From a virus: a stretch of 64,000 nucleotides of DNA. The notes beneath the pieces are model-generated. The model did not search any database. It was not told the origin of the DNA and saw only the letters and a list, made by a program, of their open reading frames with translations. The translations under genes were made by a program, and so were the position numbers. Numbering within the stretch: the first letter of the stretch is position 1; each line of letters starts with the position of its first letter. Of the stretch, positions 18,112 through 26,195 are shown piece by piece. The stretch is from positions 64,001-128,000 of the IMG/VR virus record IMGVR_UViG_3300045988_161245; one strand, 5' to 3'.

Positions 18112-19485
18112 ATGGATTTTGAAAAAAGAATAAGTGATTATGGAATGACACCTGAACAGTATGAGGCTTCGTTTGCCGAAATAACTGCAAAAGTACAGGG
18201 AAACTCAGATAAAGATTGGACTGAAATTATTGATCAATATTCTATTCCACTATCTCGCAATACTCTTCGGAATGCTTGTAGCAATGTATATGGCAGCGTA
18301 TTCGTAAAAGAATATTTTGATGAAAAAAGAAGAAAAGAAATGGAAGTAAATAGTGAACCAACTACAGACGAACCGGCTCCTCTCTCGCTTCCAAGATATA
18401 AAGAACAGACAGATGTAAATAAGGATGGCTCTTTTACAAGTGATCGACTTATTGAGATTAATGAGGAAAACTTGAAAAATCCTGAATTTTTACTTAACGC
18501 GCATGGTTATGATCCACTCGAATGGGAACTTGTCTCTGCAAGAAACTCTATTTGGAATCAGGGTGGAAAATCTGGTGTTAAAAATCTGTATGCAAGCAAA
18601 ATCAATGTAAAACCTAGAACTGAAATTTCTCAGATTGAAATTGAAAAGTTTTACGAAGACTTAGTTAGAAACTATAAACCGACAAATAGAGATTATTTTA
18701 CAAAGCCAAAAGTTGATGATGGAGTTTTATATGAGATTCCAATCATGGATTTACATTATGGTAAGTTCGCATCAGGAAATCTTACAAACGGAGCATATGA
18801 TTATATTATAGCTGAAAAATGCTTTAATACGATTATAACCGAGGCTATTGAGGATATTAAATCAAGAAAAGTCGCAAAAATTCTTATGCCAATCGGCAAC
18901 GACCTTCTCCATTTTGATAATGTACAAGGAACAACAACTCGTGGTACAGCACAGGACACAAATATGAGACATCAGGAGATGTTTAAAGGATGCGTTGAAA
19001 TGCTTATTGATGGCATTACTGCATTATCTAAATTTGCTCCTGTTGAACTTATGTATGTCCCAGGAAACCATGATTTTTTAAGCTCTTGGCACGTAGTTAT
19101 GACATTATGGGCTTATTTTCATGAAGATCCAAATGTACTTGTTGATGTAGACATGCATCCAAGAAAATATTTTGAATGGGGCAATTCTCTTATTATGTAT
19201 GCTCATGGAGATAAAGAAGGTAAACGTGTAGACAAAGTAATGCAGGTTGAAGCCAGAGAAGCATTTGGAAGAACAAAATACCATGAAGCACATCTCGCAC
19301 ACCTTCATTCGGAACAGGCAATTAAAGAACTTGGTGGTTTAATCATTCGTAATCTCCCATCTGTTACAGGCGAGGATAACTGGAGTCACGAATCCGGATT
19401 TGTTGGTGCTGTAAGAAAATGCATTTGTTTCATTTGGGACAAAGAAAAAGGTCTTAAAGGAACTAATAACATTGTTATTGACTGA
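18112..19485 (+). CDS. calcineurin-like metallophosphoesterase
   Basis: Ordered motifs MDLHYG (DxH), PIGNDLLH (GD), VPGNHDF (GNHD/E), YAHGDKEG and HLAHLHSE (GHxH-like). Confidence 0.6.
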   Translation: MDFEKRISDYGMTPEQYEASFAEITAKVQGNSDKDWTEIIDQYSIPLSRNTLRNACSNVYGSVFVKEYFDEKRRKEMEVNSEPTTDEPAPLSLPRYKEQTDVNKDGSFTSDRLIEINEENLKNPEFLLNAHGYDPLEWELVSARNSIWNQGGKSGVKNLYASKINVKPRTEISQIEIEKFYEDLVRNYKPTNRDYFTKPKVDDGVLYEIPIMDLHYGKFASGNLTNGAYDYIIAEKCFNTIITEAIEDIKSRKVAKILMPIGNDLLHFDNVQGTTTRGTAQDTNMRHQEMFKGCVEMLIDGITALSKFAPVELMYVPGNHDFLSSWHVVMTLWAYFHEDPNVLVDVDMHPRKYFEWGNSLIMYAHGDKEGKRVDKVMQVEAREAFGRTKYHEAHLAHLHSEQAIKELGGLIIRNLPSVTGEDNWSHESGFVGAVRKCICFIWDKEKGLKGTNNIVID

Positions 19486-19600
19486 TGAAAATCAGTTTGA
19501 GTATAGACAATTAAATAATATGCCGAGCGTGGCGGACCCACGTATAAACAAAAAATAAAATTATAAAAATTTTTAGAAGAAAAAAAGGAGTAACAAAATT

Positions 19601-19873
19601 ATGACAAAGACTGAACTCATTAAAGCAACAGCAACTAAAGCAGAGAAGACAATTAAGGAGACTGGTGATATCGTAGCAGCTCTTCAGGAAGTTATCATGG
19701 AGACACTGAAAGCTGGCGAGGATGTTAGAGTACCAGGATTCGGAAGCCTTGAGGTAAAGGATGTAGCTGGAAGAAAAGGCCGCAATCCGCTCACTGGGGA
19801 AGACCTGATGATTAAACCTCATAAAACTGTTAGGGCAAAACTGGCAAAAGCTGTAAAGGATGCTGCTAGATAA
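19601..19873 (+). CDS. hup: HU/IHF-family histone-like DNA-binding protein
   Basis: 90 aa. MTKTELI...VPGFGSLEVKDVAGRKGRNPLTGEDLMIKPHKTVRAKLAKAVKDA is a near-canonical HU arm. Confidence 0.85.
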   Translation: MTKTELIKATATKAEKTIKETGDIVAALQEVIMETLKAGEDVRVPGFGSLEVKDVAGRKGRNPLTGEDLMIKPHKTVRAKLAKAVKDAAR

Positions 19874-20076
19874 ATAGAATTTTTCATTTTTTGATAAACC
19901 ACAGGGCTGTAATAGTCCTGTGGTAAATATAAAATCGTTATTTTATGTGATGTGATTTGCCGTGAGGCAATTACTTTTTTCGCTCATTATTATAAAATTT
20001 TCTGAAGAGGTGATGGTTAGTGCTGTCATCTCACATAAGATAACGAAATATTTTGATAAAAGGAAGTGATGAAGAA

Positions 20077-21033
20077 ATGGCAGTTGAACGAAGTAAACCT
20101 ATATTATTATATGACGCAGAAAAAGCTAAACAGGTTAATCCGGAAACATTAAGATTGTTTCAAAAATATCAAATTGATATGTCAATTAGAGACCTATCAG
20201 AAAAGACAATTAGGGGTTATAATTCTGATTTAATGCAGTGGTTCATTTATATGTATAATAACCAATTTAATCTATCTGTTCTTGAAGCAAAAGAAGAAGA
20301 TCTTGAAGAATATTATTTCTGGAGAAAACAGCAAGGTAATAATGTTAATCGTCAGAAACGTGTCATGTCTTCTATTTCCGCTTTCTATAAATTTCTTCGT
20401 AAGAAAAAACTCATTACAGAATCCCCAATGGAATTTATTGATAGACCAAAACAAGGACAACCTGTTGTTGTACAAACTTATTTAAAAAAGGAAGAAGTGC
20501 AATTTATGAGAGAAAAACTTTCTGAATATGGTGATGTTCAGTTACAGGTTTATGCTTTTTTATCTCTCACTACAATGGCCAGAGTTAATGCAATTGCTCA
20601 TTTGAAATGGGATCAAATCAATATGGAAGAACGTATTTGCTCTGATGTGCTTGAAAAAGAAGGTAAAATTGTAGAGCTTTCATTTAGTGAAGAAACTCGC
20701 GATTATATGAATGAATTACGTAAATATAGAGAAGACAATAATATAGATGATTATGGTTGGGTGTTCAAAACGGCTTATACAAATGAGAAACAATGTGTAA
20801 GTAATGATACTCTAAATGAATGGTGTAAAAAAATTGGTAATATGATTGGGCATCCTACATTACATTGTCATGATTGGAGACATAGCTATGCTAGTCTGCT
20901 TAAGGAAAATGGGGCAAGTTTAGAAGATGTTTCAGAAATGCTTAATCATGCAGGAACTGATGTTACTAAGAAATATTACATAAAGGTAGATCATTCTAAG
21001 GTTAGAAAAATTAAGGATTCAATCAAAATTTAA
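20077..21033 (+). CDS. int: tyrosine recombinase / integrase
   Basis: Core-binding N-terminal domain. C-terminal catalytic motifs ARVNAI (R), HDWRHSYAS (HxxR) and LNHAGTDVTKKYY (H...Y). The ATG at 20077 has an AGGAAGTGA RBS. Confidence 0.75.
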   Translation: MAVERSKPILLYDAEKAKQVNPETLRLFQKYQIDMSIRDLSEKTIRGYNSDLMQWFIYMYNNQFNLSVLEAKEEDLEEYYFWRKQQGNNVNRQKRVMSSISAFYKFLRKKKLITESPMEFIDRPKQGQPVVVQTYLKKEEVQFMREKLSEYGDVQLQVYAFLSLTTMARVNAIAHLKWDQINMEERICSDVLEKEGKIVELSFSEETRDYMNELRKYREDNNIDDYGWVFKTAYTNEKQCVSNDTLNEWCKKIGNMIGHPTLHCHDWRHSYASLLKENGASLEDVSEMLNHAGTDVTKKYYIKVDHSKVRKIKDSIKI

Positions 21034-21342
21034 TTTAGAAGTACATAATAGAGAAGGTAACACTTTTGATATTGACCATCTTAGTTTATGGTCCAACATA
21101 ACATTTTTGAATTTCTGTGGAATAACAGAGTATTACGACTGTTATCTTCTCTTCTATTATATTTGTTCTGTGGTGGAACATTTTATTCCCAAGACGCTTG
21201 CGACATCAGGTAGGTAAGAAGAGGCTGAAAAGCGGGGATTTGTTCTGGAAGTCTGCACCAGTACCTGATAAACAATAAATGTAGTCTAAAAAACAAAGAG
21301 GCAGCTACAAAAGTAACTGCCCATTGCCGATGAGATAGTCTT

Positions 21343-21540
21343 TTATTGACAATCATCATCTAATACGCTTGCAAAGTTCACAGCAAATTCTGCGTTAACC
21401 TTATCGGCATTAACAGAGATTGTGAGGCTTTGCGGATTATTATTAAAAATCATCCACAGTGCAGCGATTATAATTATAGTAAAACAAAGAAGTCGGATCG
21501 CTAACTTTGCAAGCTTAAGCTTGTTGTGTTCCCTTCTCAT
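21343..21540 (-). CDS. small membrane protein, antisense to the main transcription direction
   Basis: 65 aa with a GGAAGGAGGTG RBS and one TM segment (LLCFTIIIIAALWMIF). Confidence 0.6.
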   Translation of the reverse strand: MRREHNKLKLAKLAIRLLCFTIIIIAALWMIFNNNPQSLTISVNADKVNAEFAVNFASVLDDDCQ

Positions 21541-21544
21541 ATTT

Positions 21545-22200
21545 CACCTCCTTCCTAGCTATAAAGTAGCTAACTGGTTCAGAGGGGAATATGTGAGCAG
21601 AACGCCCAGAATCATATAGACTTCTGATGTGAATGCACCGATCCTTTCCGGTCTTATCTTAAATGCCAGGTGCTATGTCAATAAGTTACAGTGTATCGGA
21701 GTAGTTGAAGTACTCTTCTACACTTTCTATTATGATTCATGGGCGTTAAATAAACAAGCCGGAACTTATGTTTGTTGCCCAGAATAGAAATATTCTGTTA
21801 TGCAGATAAGGAGCGTCTGCCATCGGAGAATGACATAGTTGACAAGTGCCTCAAAGTTATTCGCGCGTAGCCGATGTAAAAGAATCCGTGATTCATCATA
21901 CAGTGTTAGGACTGGAACCTTCCGACTGAGCGGAAGCAAATAATACTCTTCCTGATTTAGTCAGGATAGCTGGCGGACAGCGAAGTAACTACGCAAACAG
22001 AGAGATCCTGCTTTAGTGGACGATTCAAAATTGATGATGAGGTGTGATTGCTAACTATATCACCTCGGTAAAATAAAGAAAAATTAGTGAAATGCGTCCT
22101 GTGACGGTTCTGACAGGAAGTTAAAATAAAAATTGACCGAGTGATGAAGGGTCGGAATGGAGACCTAAAACCCATTTGATTGCAGGAGTGTTATCCTGCT
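21545..22200 (+). ncRNA. ORF-free, G+C-richer structured segment upstream of the tRNA cluster (candidate large ncRNA, strand uncertain)
   Basis: No RBS-supported ORF. Many local hairpins (for example ttccgactgagcggaa, caggagtgttatcctg). Adjacent to tRNAs. Confidence 0.3.
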
Positions 22201-22203
22201 ATG

Positions 22204-22292
22204 GCAGGTATAGCTTAATTGGTAAAGCGTCATATTCAAATTCTGGAAAACATACAAATGAAGACTCCAGGTTCGAGTCCTGGTGCACTGCC
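22204..22292 (+). tRNA. aberrant tRNA-like element (canonical D and T arms, oversized anticodon region, bulged acceptor stem)
   Basis: Hand fold. U8-A9, D stem GCUU/AAGC with a GG loop, T arm CCAGG-UUCGAGU-CCUGG. Acceptor GCAGGUA / UGC[A]CUGC. The anticodon stem UCAU/AUGA closes a loop of about 22 nt containing UUCAAA. Confidence 0.45.
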
Positions 22293-22329
22293 CTACAACT
22301 CAATTTTTATTGAGTATAAAATTTTATTT

Positions 22330-22411
22330 GGATGGATAGCGAAGTGGTTAAACGCTCCTGACTGTAAATCAGGCGGCTCTGCCTTCGAAGGTTCGAATCC
22401 TTCTCCATCCA
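22330..22411 (+). tRNA. tRNA-Tyr (GTA), class II with long variable arm
   Basis: Hand-folded. GGAUGGA acceptor, UAGCGAAGUGGUUAAACGC D arm typical of bacterial tRNA-Tyr, and anticodon loop CUGUAAA. Confidence 0.9.
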
Positions 22412-22509
22412 CTAAATAGGACTACTGTCCTATTCTATTATTCTTCTCTTTTCTTTGTATTTTTCATTTTCATGATTATTTCTCCAAGCTGGGCTTCGGT
22501 CCAGCGTCT

Positions 22510-22583
22510 TGGGATGTAGCTCAGTTTGGTAGAGCGCCTGATTTGGGGTCAGGAGGTCCAGGGTTCAAGTCCCTGTATTCCAA
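22510..22583 (+). tRNA. tRNA-Pro (TGG)
   Basis: Hand-folded. D arm GCUC-AGUUUGGUA-GAGC, anticodon loop UUUGGGG, T arm CAGGG-UUCAAGU-CCCUG. Confidence 0.9.
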
Positions 22584-22589
22584 CTTTCC

Positions 22590-23190
22590 TATATACGACA
22601 TAATATTCCACAGGAGGCATGGTGTAGATTTTGCATACCTGTGACAGAAAAAAATAATGAACAAAAACATTCGAGGTTTTTACTGGGGCGTTGCGTGCAG
22701 TAAACCAGATTTGAGCTTGTGTGGCAAGTGCATTGAAGCTATCTGGACTGGTTCAGGTCTGAAAATAATTATGAACCATGGATAACATGATTGTGAGTAG
22801 GTAATAAGAGAAATAGATGGTCGTACTATCCGCTTGCATTTAATAGGAATAATTTTAGAAGAAACACCGTCAGGTACCTAGAATTGAGTAAGAAAAGAAA
22901 ATCTTTATCAGAGAGATTCGATCCAGACTCAGGTGACAAATTTATTTCTTCCTATCGGTTAGGAAGACTGCGCCAGTGTTCATGAACAAACTCCCACCTA
23001 AAAAGACGGAAGCGCCAATATGCTCTGACGTGTACAGGCTTTAAAATTGTCGGTACAAATGCCATGTAGTTCACCTGCCTCTCGTGTTTATATTTCAAAA
23101 CTGGAGAAACTGACGGTGCTTTGATGTGTATACCTACTAATGTAGATATAAGTATTAGTTTATCACAGATTTATTGTTATTGTAAATGAG
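22590..23190 (+). ncRNA. second ORF-free structured segment downstream of the tRNAs (candidate continuation of a large ncRNA)
   Basis: No credible ORF. Hairpins such as ccacaggaggcatggtgtagattttgcatacctgtg. G+C content is higher than in the coding flanks. Confidence 0.3.
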
Positions 23191-23195
23191 TTTTT

Positions 23196-23271
23196 ATCTA
23201 CTTGGTCTAACTGGTTATGACAGACGGACATTTTGTGCCTTCAGATACAGGTTCAAAGCCTGTAGTAGATA
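23196..23271 (+). tRNA. aberrant tRNA-like element with a 10-nt anticodon loop
   Basis: Perfect 7-bp acceptor stem (AUCUACU/AGUAGAU), T arm ACAGG-UUCAAAG-CCUGU and a GG-containing D loop. The anticodon stem GACGG/CCUUC closes a loop ACAUUUUGUG. Confidence 0.45.
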
Positions 23272-23389
23272 TTAAAGATAGGGATCTTATAACTGATCAT
23301 TATAAGAGAAAGGTGGATACTCGCACCACTGCCCTATCTATTTTTATTAATATTAATTGTATATGCGAGTGGAAAGCGAGTAATGTTTT

Positions 23390-25105
23390 ATGAAAAAGGA
23401 AACACAAGGATGTAAATATTGTGGTTACGAAAAAACATCAAAAAGAACAAAGAAACCGTTTGATGAATTTATAAAAGAATTGAAAGAAAGTCGTGGAGAT
23501 GAATTTACATACGTATCTGGCTATAATGGTGCAAGTTCAAAAGCTATTTTTAGACATCATATGAAAGATGGAAGTCATCATGATTTTAAAATGGTTCCAA
23601 AAAATTTAATTAATGGCACATATTATTGCCCTTGCTGCTCTGGATATCAAATTTATATAGGATATAATGATTTTAATACTAGAAGACCTGAGTTGGTAAA
23701 ATATTTATTAAATCCAGAGGAAGGTACAAAATATAGTGAATATAGCAATCATATATTAGAATGGAAATGTCCGGATTGTGGAAATATATTGAAAAAGAGA
23801 ATATCTGAAGTTAGTACAAGAGGTATTTGTTGTCCTAGATGCTCTGATGGGATAAGTTATCCAAACAAATTTATGTACAATTCATTACTCCAAATAAAAG
23901 ATTATTTAAATTATATTGAAAGAGAATTTCGTCCTGATTGGTGCAAATATACATATAATGAAAAAGAATGCTTTGGCGTATATGATATTTATTTCGAAAA
24001 AGATAATAAAAAATATATAGTTGAAATGGATGGTGGACTTGGACATGGGAATCGAACTTATACAAAATCGGATAAATCAAAAGATGAATTACTGGATATA
24101 GATAAAATAAAAGATCTACTTGCAAAAGAACATGATATTGAAGTTATACGAATAAACTGTGATTATGGATCAAATGATAGATATTCTTTTATATTAAATG
24201 AAGTTTTAAATTCTAAATTATCTTCAATTCTTAATTTATCTTTAATAGATTTTAAAAAATCAAATATTTTATCACAACAATCATTATTATTAAAAACTGT
24301 TGAATTATGGAATGATGGATATTCTGTAGGAAAAATAAGTTCTGAAATTGGTGTTTTTTCAGATACAGTAACACACTATCTTAAATCGGCACAAAAATAT
24401 GGTATATGCAATACATATTCAATAAAGGAAAGTAGAAATAGGTCTATATCAAATAAAATTGTGTGTATTACAACAAATAAAGAGTTTGATTCTATTGTTG
24501 ATGGTGCAAAATTTTATAATACATTAGCTACTTCTGTAAGTAAATGTTGTAGACATAAAGCTGGATATGCTGGTTATTATAATGGACAAAAACTTATTTG
24601 GATGTATAAAACGGAATATGATAATTTTCCAAAAGAAAAATTAAAAGATTATGTCCCAAAGGAAGATAATAATTATACAAAAGTTGTATGTTTAAATACA
24701 GGCGAGATATTTGATGGTATTATTTATGCTGCTGAAAAATATGGAGTGCTAGATAGTGGAATAACGGCATGTTGTTCAAAAACAACACATTATTCAGGTA
24801 AAGATTCTGATGGAAATATTTTGGTTTGGAGATATTTAGATGAATATAAACAAATGACAAAAGAAGAAATTAATACACTTCTATCATATAAAAGTATGGG
24901 TAAAAAGAAAGTTATATGTCTTAATACCTTACAAATATTTGATAATGCATACGAAGCAAGTGTGTGGTGTGGGTTAAATAATAAATTAATACTACAAAGT
25001 TGCTGTAGAAACGAAGTTAGATTTGCAGGAGTTCATCCTGATACCGGTGAAAAATTAAATTGGTTGTATTATAAGGATTATTTGAAAGAAAAAGAGGCTG
25101 CTTAA
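23390..25105 (+). CDS. free-standing homing-endonuclease-like protein: zinc ribbons, Vsr/DUF559-like PD-(D/E)xK core and three C-terminal DNA-binding repeats
   Basis: 571 aa. Multiple CxxC pairs. The core is YDIYFE...YIVEMDGGLGHGN...IEVIRINCDY. There are three repeats of the form KVVCLNTGEIFD...AAEKYG...CC...G...W.Y. Confidence 0.6.
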   Translation: MKKETQGCKYCGYEKTSKRTKKPFDEFIKELKESRGDEFTYVSGYNGASSKAIFRHHMKDGSHHDFKMVPKNLINGTYYCPCCSGYQIYIGYNDFNTRRPELVKYLLNPEEGTKYSEYSNHILEWKCPDCGNILKKRISEVSTRGICCPRCSDGISYPNKFMYNSLLQIKDYLNYIEREFRPDWCKYTYNEKECFGVYDIYFEKDNKKYIVEMDGGLGHGNRTYTKSDKSKDELLDIDKIKDLLAKEHDIEVIRINCDYGSNDRYSFILNEVLNSKLSSILNLSLIDFKKSNILSQQSLLLKTVELWNDGYSVGKISSEIGVFSDTVTHYLKSAQKYGICNTYSIKESRNRSISNKIVCITTNKEFDSIVDGAKFYNTLATSVSKCCRHKAGYAGYYNGQKLIWMYKTEYDNFPKEKLKDYVPKEDNNYTKVVCLNTGEIFDGIIYAAEKYGVLDSGITACCSKTTHYSGKDSDGNILVWRYLDEYKQMTKEEINTLLSYKSMGKKKVICLNTLQIFDNAYEASVWCGLNNKLILQSCCRNEVRFAGVHPDTGEKLNWLYYKDYLKEKEAA

Positions 25106-25142
25106 TGTAGTCTCTTTTTCTGATTAAAAGGATGGTGATTAT

Positions 25143-26195
25143 ATGGCAAACTTGCGTCAAGCAAAAACAGATGCAGAGTTACGAACCATGACTATAACAA
25201 ATGTTAAAAAGGCGTATTCAAATTTGGCAGAAGATTATAATCGCCTTCTTGATTTAGAGTTTATATATTGTCCTCATTGTGGAAAGTGGAAATCTATAAA
25301 AGCAAGTAACTTTTATTCATCAAATGATACAGTTGATGGAATTGAGCATTTTGCATGTAAGGAATGTATACTTAACATGTGTACAGATAAAAATAAAGAT
25401 GGTTCGAGATCTGATAATAAAGAAAAAACAATAAATACTTTTAGAAAATTGGATTGGTGTTTTATCGAAGATGATTATGATAAGCAGTTAGTAAAAACTA
25501 CTGAAGCGGTAAATGAAAAAGTAAGAAGCACAGCCGCACAACAGCTTATTGTAATGGTTCAGTCACTTCCACAGTATAATGGAAAAAATTTTTCAAATAG
25601 TGAATTTAACGATTCTACAGATGGATCTTTATCTTATAAAAGAAAGCCACGAAAAGAAATTGTAAAACTATTTGGTTCAGGACTTTCAAATGAAGATTAT
25701 TTGTATCTTCAAGACCAATATGATGATTGGTGTGAAAGAACACAGGTGGATTCTAAATCTCAACAAACATATATTGTTAGAATTTGTTTTAAATTGTTGG
25801 ATATTTGGAAAGCACAGAAATCAAGTAAAGACACAACAAAACTTGATGAATCTTTAAATAAATTAATGGATGCAGCAAATTTACAACCAAGACAAAATGT
25901 TGGAAATGCTGCTACAGACGCTTTAACTTTTAGTCAGTTGATTGAAAAATGGGAACAGGAAAAACCAATACCTGAACCAGATCCAGAATTTAAGGATTGT
26001 GATGGTATAGGAAAATATATTCGCGTATGGTTTAAAGGTGCACTATCTCATGCTCTTGGCTTAGAAGGCGGTTATTCTAAAGAGTATGAAGATTATGTTA
26101 GTCAATATGCCGTAACTAAACCAGAAGAACAAGATCTTGATGAAAAATCTGAAAGTATTTATAGCCAAATTTTTGGTGATGAAAGTCAAAAGTAA
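25143..26195 (+). CDS. putative terminase small subunit / DNA-recognition protein
   Basis: 350-aa ORF overlapping the terL start. Contains a CPHCG...CKEC zinc motif. Assigned by position only. Confidence 0.3.
   Translation: MANLRQAKTDAELRTMTITNVKKAYSNLAEDYNRLLDLEFIYCPHCGKWKSIKASNFYSSNDTVDGIEHFACKECILNMCTDKNKDGSRSDNKEKTINTFRKLDWCFIEDDYDKQLVKTTEAVNEKVRSTAAQQLIVMVQSLPQYNGKNFSNSEFNDSTDGSLSYKRKPRKEIVKLFGSGLSNEDYLYLQDQYDDWCERTQVDSKSQQTYIVRICFKLLDIWKAQKSSKDTTKLDESLNKLMDAANLQPRQNVGNAATDALTFSQLIEKWEQEKPIPEPDPEFKDCDGIGKYIRVWFKGALSHALGLEGGYSKEYEDYVSQYAVTKPEEQDLDEKSESIYSQIFGDESQK

Noticed and set aside
19511-19822. 103-aa minus-strand ORF
   Set aside because: It is antisense to the near-canonical HU gene, which clearly is the real feature.
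22204-22292. Stop-codon reassignment (a suppressor tRNA reading UGA, because UUCA occurs in the oversized loop)
   Set aside because: All large structural genes are open under the standard code, with TGA/TAA/TAG used as genuine stops. The breaks in the TMP and neck genes are better explained by introns that contain stops in all frames.
21957-22419. ORFs 21957..22175 (-) and 22219..22419 (+)
   Set aside because: They overlap the tRNA-like element and tRNA-Tyr or the structured non-coding block. No RBS.
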